A DNA stretch of 63,408 nucleotides, the filler included, from Octopus bimaculoides (lineage: Eukaryota): assembly GCF_001194135.2 (NCBI RefSeq). It is 6 parts of 6 records of this genome, joined end to end, with 100 filler letters (N's around TTAATTAATTAA, not from the genome) between each part and the next. Parts side by side here need not be neighbours in the genome. Positions count along the whole stretch, not along the records: positions 1 to 24,585 come from NC_068995.1; 5 more parts are not named here. One strand, 5' to 3'. The position numbers and the translations under genes are program-made. Below are positions 1-12,316 of this stretch, piece by piece. The notes beneath the pieces were generated by a model that made no database searches, was not told the origin of the DNA, and saw only the letters and a program-made list of their open reading frames with translations. How positions within the stretch are numbered: position 1 is the first letter of the stretch; every line of letters starts with the position of its first letter.

Positions 1-66
<66 letters not shown>

Positions 67-106
67 GATTGTATACGTGCATAAGTACATGTATATATAT
101 ATACAT

Positions 107-138
<32 letters not shown>

Positions 139-215
139 GTAAGTATGTACACATATATATGTGTATGTGTGTGCATATAAATGTATGTAGATATACGTAC
201 GCATGTGTGGGTATG

Positions 216-254
<39 letters not shown>

Positions 255-380
255 GCGTACAATATATACATACGAAGTATAAGCGTTCAGCTTTGGCGGA
301 ATGACCTGCACAAATGATCTCTTTATATCGATCAAATGTATGTTTTACAGTTTTATATTTAAGAGATGAGGAATTATTTG

Positions 381-566
381 CATTATTTACATTTGACGGA
401 TATTTGTCCTCATCTTGTTTGTTGTTAACACAACGTTTCGGCTGAATGAGAACCCAGGTTCGAAATTTCCCCAAGACACCTGATGAAGGTTCGATGGTAT
501 ATCAGCCGAAACGTTGTGTTAACAACTAACAAAATGAGGACAAATATCCGTCAAATATAAATAATG
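381..566. repeat. Fold-back (65-nt arms) built from a Penelope-like pLTR
   Basis: 381-445 is the near-exact reverse complement of 502-566; the spacer carries CTGATGA. Confidence 0.9.
475..520 (+). ncRNA. Minimal type I hammerhead ribozyme motif (dimer type)
   Basis: Stem I GACAC(475-479)/GTGTT(516-520); CTGATGA at 480-486; stem II GGTT/AGCC; GAAAC at 508-512; loopless palindromic stem III ACGT; predicted GUU cleavage after 515. Confidence 0.7.
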
Positions 567-1444
567 TAAATGTATTTATTGTCCATTACTTTACACCCTC
601 TATGAAATCGGCGTACCCTGTACAGTTGCACGCTGAACCACGAGTCACGTATCGAAGTAATCACAGAGCAACGTGAGATGGGGTGTTTTGCTCAAGAACA
701 CCAAGCACCACCAGTCAGGAAAATTGACACCACAATCTCACGATCTCACGATCATAGGTGCTGCACCCAAATCATTCGGCCATGCGTCCTCAAATATATA
801 CGAGGTATGTGCTAGTGTGTGAGTTGATGAATTGGATTAATGGATTATGAAACAGCTGTAACCTCTACGGAAATATCATAATTTTCTTACGATTCTGAAA
901 TAGCTGTAATCTCTACGGAAGGAAGACTTTTCCTTGTTTTCTTTCCTTATAATATACTCCACAAAGAAAATATTTCTAGTTATACATCCTGGACTTTTGC
1001 TTGCATACTCCAGTTAAATCATGCTAGATTTTAATTAAGATTGACAACTGGTAACTTGGTTTTCAACTCGAGGAAAGTTCCGCTCGTTTCGTCGAAACTA
1101 ATTCTGATATATATAGATATATATATATATATATATANNNNNNNNNNNNNNNNNNNNNNNNNNNNNNNNNNNNNNNNNNNNNNNNNNNNNNNNNNNNNNN
1201 NNNNNNNNNNNNNNNNNNNNNNNNNNNNNNNNNNNNNNNNNNNNNNNNNNNNNNNNNNNNNNNNNNNNNNNNNNNNNNNNNNNNNNNNNNNNNNNNNNNN
1301 NNNNNNNNNNNNNNNNNNNNNNNNNNNNNNNNNNNNNNNNNNNNNNNNNNNNNNNNNNNNNNNNNNNNNNNNNNNNNNNNNNNNNNNNNNNNNNNNNNNN
1401 NNNNNNNNNNNNNNNNNNNNNNNNNNNNNNNNNNNNNNNNNNNN

Positions 1445-1479
<35 letters not shown>

Positions 1480-1733
1480 TTCATACAGACATGTATATGT
1501 ATATGTGTGTGTTTGTCTGTGTGGATTTGTGCATATGATTTCTATAATGAAATGTGCGTTTGCTTAAGTTGCATATATTATCTTCCTAAATCTAAATTTT
1601 ATTCGTCTTTATTGAGAACTTTACACAAGCGAAGAGTAAACGAGATGCGATATATTTGCGAGTTATGGGGCTCACTATCTGTATAGGAGATCAATGATTC
1701 AATCACTGAATCAATATTTGTGCATCTGAGTGC

Positions 1734-1796
<63 letters not shown>

Positions 1797-3980
1797 TAGA
1801 CAAACACACACATGCATATACATATATATATATGTCTGCGTATGTGTGTGTGTGATTGCTTGCCCCAGCGCGTGTGGGTGTGGTTGTGTGTATATATATA
1901 TACATACATATATACAACCATGCACACATGTCAACATGTATGGGATAATTTATCTCTACTTTGTTTTCCCAGAATAATATGTTCGTGTTAGTATAGAAAA
2001 TGGGATTTATTATCTTTCATTATATTTCTGTCTTAATCCCATGAATCATAATAGAAAACAAAGGTTGTATTGTGAGCATGTATTACTCGTTATTTAAATT
2101 GTCAAACATGACCTGAAGGAAACGTAGAGGCGCGTGGGTTAGTGGTTAGCGGGTCGGATTCATGATCGTCAGGTTGTGGTTTCGATTCCTGGAGCAGGTG
2201 GTGCGTTGTGCTCTTGAGCAAAACACTTTATTTCAAGCTACTCAATCCACGCAGCTGGCAAACAATGGTGGAGAGGGATATTCGATTATATCGACCCTAG
2301 TACTTAACTGGTATTTCTTTTATCGACACCCCCAAAAGAATAAAAAGCAAAGTCGACCTCAGCGGAATTTGAAATCAGAACGTAACGGTAGTCCGGTGCC
2401 CTGTCCTCGCCCTGTCAACGTATATATCATGAAACCGGAACACCGGCCCTTATTAGTCAATATGACTCGAGAAGGTTCCTTTGCCTTTACTATAGTCCTA
2501 CCATTTAGCCATACACATTCACGCCTCTGTTTCATATTCTAAGCACAATCAGTACTATAAATCTACCGGGTACTTTCCGATCCAACGCAATACGATCTGA
2601 ATTCGAAAGCAAAAGCAGAGACAAAGAATTGACAAAAAATGTTCCAAGCTATCTTTCTCCACCATTCACAAATCAATATCCTATTACAATAAAATGAACG
2701 GATTCACACTTCTGCAAGATCTAGATTCAACATTATAGCACATCCACAACACCAAAAATAACTTAAAGTTGCCATTTACTGATATATCCTACACATCTCT
2801 TGGTGTGCGCACTCAGCGCTCTATAGTAAATTATATAAAATATATAACACAATTTATACAACACGGACGAATTGCAGTCACGTAACAAACTCAAATAAGC
2901 GAAAAATAGATGTTACATACATTCGCAAGTTTAAGTTATCGGAAGTCAATGTAGTATTCACATCAAAAGCGTGCAGTTACATGTAGAAGTTTCTCGCAAG
3001 AAGCTATTGATAGAAAAAAAAACAGTAATGACAAAAATATTGTAAACAGTAATAATTTTTATAGGTTTTGGCACAAGGCTTGCACTTTGCCACACACGGA
3101 TGAAATGCTGTCACGTAACAAACTCACTTTAAATTTAATTACCACAATATACACAGAAAACAGTAGAATAGCACTATAGTCAACAACTGAAATCCTACAA
3201 CAAATCGAAATAGATACAGCATACGTTCAACAATTAACGTTCTCAGAGAACAATGTTGCATGCTCCTGATAAGCGTGCATGGATATGTGGTTGTTTTTTT
3301 TTCCGAATGAATCTATACAAAAAAACAACAATAACAGAACAATCATGAACAACACTAAGAACTCCTGTAGATTTTGATACAAGGCTTGCAATTTTGGTGG
3401 GGAGTGGCCTGTCGAGTACATCACCCGTGCACTTGGTTCCTACTTAGTTTATCAACCTTGAGAGGATGAAAGGTAAAGTTGACTGCAGCGAATCTTGAAC
3501 TGAGAATGTAAAGAACCGAAAGAAAAACTGTTAAGAATAGTGTAGGCGTACCAACAATTCAGGCAGTTCACTGAGTTTTTAATATGCACATATTATCAGT
3601 GTAAGGAAACATGAGTTTAAGTGATGTGTAGTATTAAATTGAAATGGAAACCAATACAACAACAGTTGTCTTTTAGAACACCGACTATATGAAAACATCG
3701 AACAACAAAATAGAAAATTAATACTGAATGACAAACAACAATAACAATAAGTATTACATCAACATTAACAACAACAAAGACAAAATGAACGTGACCCCAT
3801 TTGAATAAGCATAGTAAAAGGGTGTGCAGACGCAGGCATACAGAATCATTACCAGCTGTTGTTTATTTTAAATTCCGCCATTATTTCTTGAACGTCGCGC
3901 ATCTAATTATTGGAGTATTGTATCTAGGAAGTATTTACAATGATATTGTGTTTTTATTCTATTTTACTGTTAAGAAAGAG

Positions 3981-4044
<64 letters not shown>

Positions 4045-5436
4045 GGAGAAGCGAAAGAGGAGAGCAGAGAGAAATGGGAAGAAAAAAAAAACGATCTTGG
4101 ATGTGAGAGCGTGGTGGGTGGGTAACGAAACATTTTGATATTGGCAATTTCACACCTGTAAACACCACCTGCAATCTGCCTGCGTTGTTAAAGGAACAAC
4201 CCGGTCGTACAACTAAAGTGCAAATGGCTGAGCACACCACAGTCCACACATTCCGTTAAGGTAGTTTTCAGGAAGAATGTGTCATTAGTGTCCCTTTGAA
4301 ATACAGGCACTTCTCATTTTTGCTAGCTGAGTGAACTGAAGCAACGTGAAATAAAGTGTCTAGCTCAAGGATACAAAGCGCTGCCGGAAATCGAACTGAC
4401 AACCTTACGACCGTGAGCCGAAACCCCTAACCACTAAGCTACGCTTCTTCTCTTATGATGTCAATCATTACTGCAAGGCAGATTTGTGCAGCTACATTTT
4501 TCTCACACACGCAGCGACCACATTGAAGCGCACCAAGAAGACGTTTAGACCTGCTGCGCCGTTTATTCCTTCTATTTACAAGTTGATGGATGTCGTATTT
4601 ATTGTTGCTGTTCTTGTTGTTGCTGGCGCTGCTCCTGTTTTGTTGTTTATTTGCTTGTATAGAGTAGTTGTTGATTCTGTTGCTTGATTCCGTTGCAACT
4701 ACTCTCATATTCTTTTATTGTTGTTCTCACTGATGTCATTGTGACTGTCAATATTTTGTCATTTTTTTTGTTTCGTTTTTGTAGTTGTTATTTATTAACT
4801 GCTTTTCGTTTTCATCGCCGTCTTTTCTTCTGCATTATGTTTCACTTAATCGCCATCAATCCAAGGCCTGGAAATTAAGTGGTAAAGCTAAAGTGTTAAA
4901 CGTATCATATCCCTGTCAGCATTCTTAATCACGGTGATGATACACGATAGCTTGTTTAGCTTCCGGTTAATCCAACATATATTATTAACACCGATACGAA
5001 CAACAACAGCAACAAAAACAACAACAAAGAAAACGACAACAGCTAATCATGGTTTCAAATTTTGGCACAAGGCCAGCAATTTCGAGTAGGAGGATACACC
5101 GATTATATCGACGCCAGCGGTCAAATGGTACATGTTTTATTGACACCGAAATGATGAAAAGCCAAGTCGACCTTGGTGCCATTTGAATTCAGAACGTAAC
5201 GTCTGCCAGCTCTCTGCCAGCTCGCTGCCGAACAAATACACTAATAATAAAGGTTTCAATGTTTGTCACAAGGCTAGAATTGTAGAGGAAATGGTTAAAT
5301 CAATTACACTGACCCCCATTGTTCAACTGGTACTTACTTTATCGACCCAATAAGGGATAAGCAACATTTACAAAGAATATACAACTCCTGTAACTATACG
5401 CAAACTTTTATGCAAAACACATTGCGCCCCAATCGC

Positions 5437-5484
<48 letters not shown>

Positions 5485-5938
5485 NNNNNNNNNNNNNNNN
5501 NNNNNNNNNNNNNNNNNNNNNNNNNNNNNNNNNNNNNNNNNNNNNNNNNNNNNNNNNNNNNNNNNNNNNNNNNNNNNNNNNNNNNNNNNNNNNNNNNNNN
5601 NNNNNNNNNNNNNNNNNNNNNNNNNNNNNNNNNNNNNNNNNNNNNNNNNNNNNNNNNNNNNNNNNNNNNNNNNNNNNNNNNNNNNNNNNNNNNNNNNNNN
5701 NNNNNNNNNNNNNNNNNNNNNNNNNNNNNNNNNNNNNNNNNNNNNNNNNNNNNNNNNNNNNNNNNNNNNNNNNNNNNNNNNNNNNNNNNNNNNNNNNNNN
5801 NNNNNNNNNNNNNNNNNNNNNNNNNNNNNNNNNNNNNNNNNNNNNNNNNNNNNNNNNNNNNNNNNNNNNNNNNNNNNNNNNNNNNNNNNNNNNNNNNNNN
5901 NNNNNNNNNNNNNNNNNNNNNNNNNNNNNNNNNNNNNN

Positions 5939-5972
<34 letters not shown>

Positions 5973-6119
5973 ATGTTTTCAAGGATGAAATTTTAAATGC
6001 ATGTTTTGCCGACTTATGTTGGTTATTCTTATTGAAATTATTTTTATGTGGAAATATTCAAATATCTACCATATGCATGTTTCCTGCAACTACTAATAAC
6101 TATTATTACTGCTCTTGCT

Positions 6120-6320
6120 AAGGCGGCCAGCTGGTAGAATTGTTAGTACGTCGCGTAAATTTCCTAGCGCCACTTTACGTTCTGAGTTCAAATTTCCCGG
6201 AGGACGATTTTGACTTTTATTTTTTCGGGGTCGATAAATTAAGTACCAGTTATGTACTGGAGTCGATGTGACTCCAGTACTTTACAAATTCCAGGCCTTG
6301 TACCTGTAATAAAAAATTAT
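6120..6320 (+). mobile_element. SINE family A copy
   Basis: Same A/B boxes and central GGGGTCGATAAATTAAGTACCAG. Other copies at about 2250-2390(-), 3365-3570(-), 5045-5230(-), 6340-6515(-), 18240-18400(+), 31381-31608(+), 40080-40232(-), 43830-44035(+), 44820-44955(-), 45270-45475(-), 52790-53150(+, two), 59985-60198(-) and 61130-61340(-). Confidence 0.82.
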
Positions 6321-7626
6321 TCTTCCTGATGCTACTTCTCATAATGGTCTCAAAATTTGACATGAAACGAGTAATTTTAAAGGTAGCAGAATAGTCCATA
6401 TTATAAACCTAAGTACTTGACTATTACTTGATTTTATCGACCCAGTGATTATGAAAAGCCTAGTTGACATCGATAGGATTTGAATTCAGAACGTAAAGAG
6501 ACGAAGGCAATGCCGTTATGCGTATTATGCGTGTCTCTACATAACACTCCCCTATTTTCTTCTCACTTGCTACTTTACACCTCTTCGTTATCTGCATCTT
6601 CCCATCACTTGTATTACACCTTAGTCTATCGATTCGTAACATTGTTTGCTGTTGATGTTGATCGTAGTGACAGATATCTTGAAGGACAGGTTAAATCTCT
6701 TCTAATAACCCTTCTACAAGTTACATTCAATAGTAACACCTACCTTGAAGCAGCCAACGGGGAACGCTAGTTATAAATAGCAGACTGGATGTAATGACAG
6801 GAAACACTAGCTTGTATGGTCAGGTTATATATCCTAGATAGATACATAAGGAAAGGGTTTGAAACGTTTGGGATGCGGTTAGTTATACATCTTCTCAAAG
6901 AGTTGTAAGTGGCGGCCTAAACAACAAAGTCAGTAACTCCATCTTTACAGTGACTGCCGTCACCACTACCACCTTCGTCTTTACTGGCATCAGCGAGGAC
7001 ACTAGTACTACTACCACCACCGCCATCATGATGACAACAACAACCACGAAGATTACGGCAATGACCATCAACACAAGTAAAACCGGCACCACCACGACGT
7101 CAACCACCATCGCGCACCACCACCACCACTGCCAAATCTACTACTAACAACTTTACTACCACCACCACCGCCACAACCACAACCACCACCACCATTACGA
7201 CCAAGGACAACAACAACAAAACCCCAACAGATATTACAACAACGGCAATGATGACAACGAGGCTACGAAACAAGAACAACAAAAAACGAGGCTGTTTGCA
7301 ATATAAACGTTTCCGTCACCGCATATGAAATTTCGGAATGAAATGCCAAATGCACGCCTCTTTATATTTTGGCAAATTTGCAAAGCTAAATACCTTGATA
7401 GGGAAATTAGCAGAATAACCATATTCCTTTTGTTGCAAACCATTAGATTCAGGCACACAACGCTCGGTGTCTATATTATGTATTTGGCATTATTCCACAT
7501 GGAAGAAGTTCCACAGTTTGCTTCAAGAACAAGTGTTTCGGGCGTCTACATTCTTCTGTTTATAAAATTACGTATACATGCAGATATACACACGCACACA
7601 TTCACACGCACACACACGCACACACA

Positions 7627-7699
<73 letters not shown>

Positions 7700-8199
7700 A
7701 TATAAGTATTATATGTATGTGTATACACACATATATATGTACATATATCTATCTATATATATATATATGCATATATATATATATATGCATGTGTGTGTGT
7801 GTGTGTGTGCGTGTGTGTGTGTGTGTGTATGTATATATCTACTAAAATTTGTCACACACACACATATATTTATCTGCACACAAACATATATATACTTATT
7901 ATATATATATATATATATATATANNNNNNNNNNNNNNNNNNNNNNNNNNNNNNNNNNNNNNNNNNNNNNNNNNNNNNNNNNNNNNNNNNNNNNNNNNATA
8001 TATATACGGGATGTACCATACTATACAAAGGTGAAATAAATGAGAATGTATATGTGTGTCTGTGTGTGTACCAATGTGTGTGTTTGTGTTTATGAATGTG
8101 TGTGAGTGTGTGTATAGTTTTTATAATTCAATTTAAAGCTGAGGAACGTTTTCAGAAACAAAACCAATTTTTTCTTATGTTCCCCTATGGTTTGGGAGC

Positions 8200-8264
<65 letters not shown>

Positions 8265-8449
8265 TACACACACACACACGCACACACACATATATGAGTA
8301 TAAGTGTGTATGTATAAATGTGTATAAAAGGTTAAGAGATTACAGACGAATAAATATGTATGGAAGAAAAAATAAGAAAATATTGGTTAAAGATGTTTAT
8401 CATCGAAAACAGAAACAAAATATATTTCCCCTTAAGCAGTTAGCGTTTT

Positions 8450-8845
8450 CGGTTGTGTGGTAAATAGCTAGCTTACCATCCACATGGTTTCGGGTTCAGT
8501 CCCACTGCGTAGCACCGTGTGTAAGTATCTTCTACTATAGCTTTGGGCCGACCAAAGCCTTGTTAGTGGTTAGTGGACGGTAACTGTCATAGACGGTAAC
8601 TGGAAGAAGCCCGTCGTATATATATATGTGTGTATGTTTGTCTGTGTTTGCCTTCCCCAACATCGCTGGTGTGTTTATGCTGGTGTGTTTATGTTCCCGT
8701 AAGTTAGCGGTTCGGCAAAAGAAACCGATAGAATAAGTACTAGGCTTACAAAGAATAAGCCCTGGGGTCGATTGGTTCGACTAAAGGCGGTGCTCCAGCA
8801 TGGCCTCAGTCAAATTGCTGAAACGAATTAAAGAATAAACGAATA
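8450..8845 (+). mobile_element. tRNA-headed SINE (family B), near full length
   Basis: A-box GGTTGTGTGGTAA, B-box GGTTCAGTCCC, central microsatellite, GGCGGTGCTCCAGCATGG 3' part and A-rich tail. Confidence 0.85.
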
Positions 8846-8939
8846 AAAAGGTAGATAGTTATGTATATGCATATATAATTGTGTGTATTTGAATATGCGG
8901 GGAGATTACATACGTATATATATATTTATGTATGTATAT

Positions 8940-9185
8940 ATGTTTTGAATGTGGTGTGTGCCAGAGGGCTTGCAAATCTAATGGGGGTCTTAAAAGACAT
9001 GTTAGGATCCACAATGAGCAGAACTTACCTGCAGGTATTGGTAGTGCAAATCAGAGGTGCAATCTGTGTGGGTGTTTTTTCAAAACATTGTCTGGTTTAA
9101 AAAGCCACATCAGACGCCATGAAAGGGCTAAGGTGTAGGTGCAGGAGGTGGTCAAACTCTGTGTAAGGAGTAGACAACCACCATG
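8940..9185 (+). mobile_element. 5'-truncated RTE-type LINE tail encoding two C2H2 zinc fingers
   Basis: FECGVCQRACKSNGGLKRHVRIH..QRCNLCGCFFKTLSGLKSHIRRH*, with a non-TGEKP linker. Followed by a short hairpin-like UTR (GGTCAAACTC..GAGTAGAC) and microsatellite on both sides, with no convincing splice acceptor. The zinc fingers are clear; the RTE assignment is inferred. Confidence 0.65.
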
Positions 9186-10493
9186 TTTTGTATGTATATA
9201 TGTATGCATGTATCTTTATATATATGTATGTGACGAAATGAAGAGACGTTAAAACTTCTCAGGATTTTGTCGTCTAGTAGAAGAGCATTTCATTAAATAA
9301 GAGACGGATAAATAAGTAGATTAAAGTAAATACCACATAAAGTACATCTGACAAATACAGACATTGGCTTCAAATTCTCCACCACCGCGAACACAAACCA
9401 ACAGACACGCAGAAATATATATATATATATTAGCAGTGCGTGTATGTGCTCGTCCATCATATGTGTATGGACATTTTCCGATGTGTTTATATGTAGAATC
9501 ATTGTCGTGTCACTGGCTAAAGGAGAAGAAACCAAAATAAAAAAACAAACAAACAATTGAGATCTTAAATAAACAAATAGACACGCGCAAAGATATATAT
9601 TTGTGACAAGCATATACATTTGGCTTAGAAGGTAATTATTCTACGAAAACCATACTCCGGCATGAAACTTGCTGTCAAAATAGTACCACTCATGTTGCAG
9701 TGTTTGTCATAGGAATATATGTTCTCCGAGGGTGTGGCAAAAGTGTTGTTCATGCTTCTGTCGTTTCTGTCCAGTGACAAACTGATGCGTCACTAGTATT
9801 TCGTTTAGTATTTTACAGAATACTATGGCCATGGATGCGTGTCGGGAAAAGCCATATCCGTACAGAGTTATATTTTGATTATTATTCTAATCATTTTTGT
9901 CGAACCGTGACGATATGGGCCGTAAAAGAAATATCAATACACTTAGGAAAGGAGTGACGAAATGAAACTAAAAAACACACAGATATGCATACCTCGTATA
10001 TGTGTGTGTGTCTTTGTATAAAAACACACATGGACACATATATACACAGCCTCAAATTTATACGTGGGTGAGTCTATTGGTGCGTGTAATTATATCCATA
10101 TCCTTACAACATACATATACCTAGCCGAAGATTTCATGTCACTGGCAAATCTTTCGCTTTTAATGTAGTATATCAGAGTGAATTTCTGTATATTTATAAC
10201 TCTAAGTATATCCATCTCCTATCTTAATTCCCAGTAACCTTTTGTGGCGTGTTAGTCTGGTCAAGCATGACTGTTAAACACCTTCGTTTATTTACGTCTG
10301 TGAGACTCTCTCGACATTCACAACTATCACTTTACATTTATCCCTTGCCAGATTCCTACTTACGCATTTTCTTTTTTGTTCTTAACGCGATTGCAAGTAA
10401 ATACCCATGGCTAATTATATATAATTAAATGTTTATGCGCATGCGTGAGCGTGCTGTGTGAGCATTGATTACACACACACACACATATATATA

Positions 10494-10536
10494 CAAGGAG
10501 GTGCTGAAAAGTTCCTGGCCTTACGGGTATCACAAA
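10494..10536 (+). mobile_element. Mariner-type terminal inverted repeat, truncated by an assembly gap
   Basis: TA|CAAGGAGGTGCTGAAAAGTTCCTGGCC resembles mariner TIRs. The rest lies in the N run 10537-10948. Confidence 0.55.
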
Positions 10537-11815
10537 NNNNNNNNNNNNNNNNNNNNNNNNNNNNNNNNNNNNNNNNNNNNNNNNNNNNNNNNNNNNNNNN
10601 NNNNNNNNNNNNNNNNNNNNNNNNNNNNNNNNNNNNNNNNNNNNNNNNNNNNNNNNNNNNNNNNNNNNNNNNNNNNNNNNNNNNNNNNNNNNNNNNNNNN
10701 NNNNNNNNNNNNNNNNNNNNNNNNNNNNNNNNNNNNNNNNNNNNNNNNNNNNNNNNNNNNNNNNNNNNNNNNNNNNNNNNNNNNNNNNNNNNNNNNNNNN
10801 NNNNNNNNNNNNNNNNNNNNNNNNNNNNNNNNNNNNNNNNNNNNNNNNNNNNNNNNNNNNNNNNNNNNNNNNNNNNNNNNNNNNNNNNNNNNNNNNNNNN
10901 NNNNNNNNNNNNNNNNNNNNNNNNNNNNNNNNNNNNNNNNNNNNNNNNATATATATATATATATATATATATATCTATATATATATAGTTACATACATAC
11001 ACACAAACATATATAAATATATATTTATATGTTTATGTATGTATGTATATTTGTGTATATATATGTGTGTATGTATGTATGAATGAATATCTATTCAGAT
11101 GTTAAAGGAATACCATTAATAGCAAATACAAATTCGAAAGTAGATGACTTCAACCGCAATAGCTACAAGAAACATTAAAACACCACCGCAAAATTAATGC
11201 CACAAGAAGAGGAAAAACAATAAAAACACGAATCCCGAACGATAGCAACAATAACTACAAGAAGATATAACAGTAATTTCCCAAAGCAAATGTGAACGGT
11301 GACATATTAATCTGAATGTCACTGAAATACTGTCTGATAAAGATACAACGATGCTTCTATGGACAAAAAGAAAATTAAACAAAAATATAAAAATATATGA
11401 GGAAAGAAAATAAAAGGAAAAACGGATTTCAATCTCTTCCAATGTAAATTGGTAGACGAAGCCATTTGATTTCAAGGCCAAGTCTTCAGGTTAAGAAGTT
11501 AATGGCTTTTGCTCTTGCAATAAGTTCTAAGCAAAAACGGTCAGAAGAAAATAAGAAAAGAAAAATGGAGAAACAGGAGATGCAAAAATACATGCACACA
11601 CACACATACACGCACACCCATACACACATATATATCATACATATAGAATTTGCACATTTGTATATATATATACATATATATATATATATTACATATAACA
11701 AAGATAAAATTAAATATAAAATATACATACATATATTCATTTAAATATATATATGTATATACATGTACATATGCATATGTAAACATACATAAATATACAT
11801 ACATACATATATATG

Positions 11816-11848
<33 letters not shown>

Positions 11849-11873
11849 CTGTGTGTATATATATATGTATATA

Positions 11874-11916
<43 letters not shown>

Positions 11917-12188
11917 NNNNNNNNNNNNNNNNNNNNNNNNNNNNNNNNNNNNNNNNNNNNNNNNNNNNNNNNNNNNNNNNNNNNNNNNNNNNNNNNNNNN
12001 NNNNNNNNNNNNNNNNCTCTCACTCGTTCCCTCTCTCTCTCTCTCTCGCTTTCTTTCTATTTACCAGATATATGCATGAGCACACAGCCTCACACGTACA
12101 TTATATTCATAGACACACATTCACATTGGCATAAATATTCATACACACATACACGAAAACACACACACACACACACACATACACACGC

Positions 12189-12220
<32 letters not shown>

Positions 12221-12256
12221 GGACACAAAAATGTTGATCAACAGATATGTATATAC

Positions 12257-12316
<60 letters not shown>

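Noticed and set aside
2130-2215. tRNA-like heads here and in other SINE copies considered as tRNA genes
   Set aside because: They have A/B boxes but continue into shared SINE bodies, and no intact cloverleaf was found.
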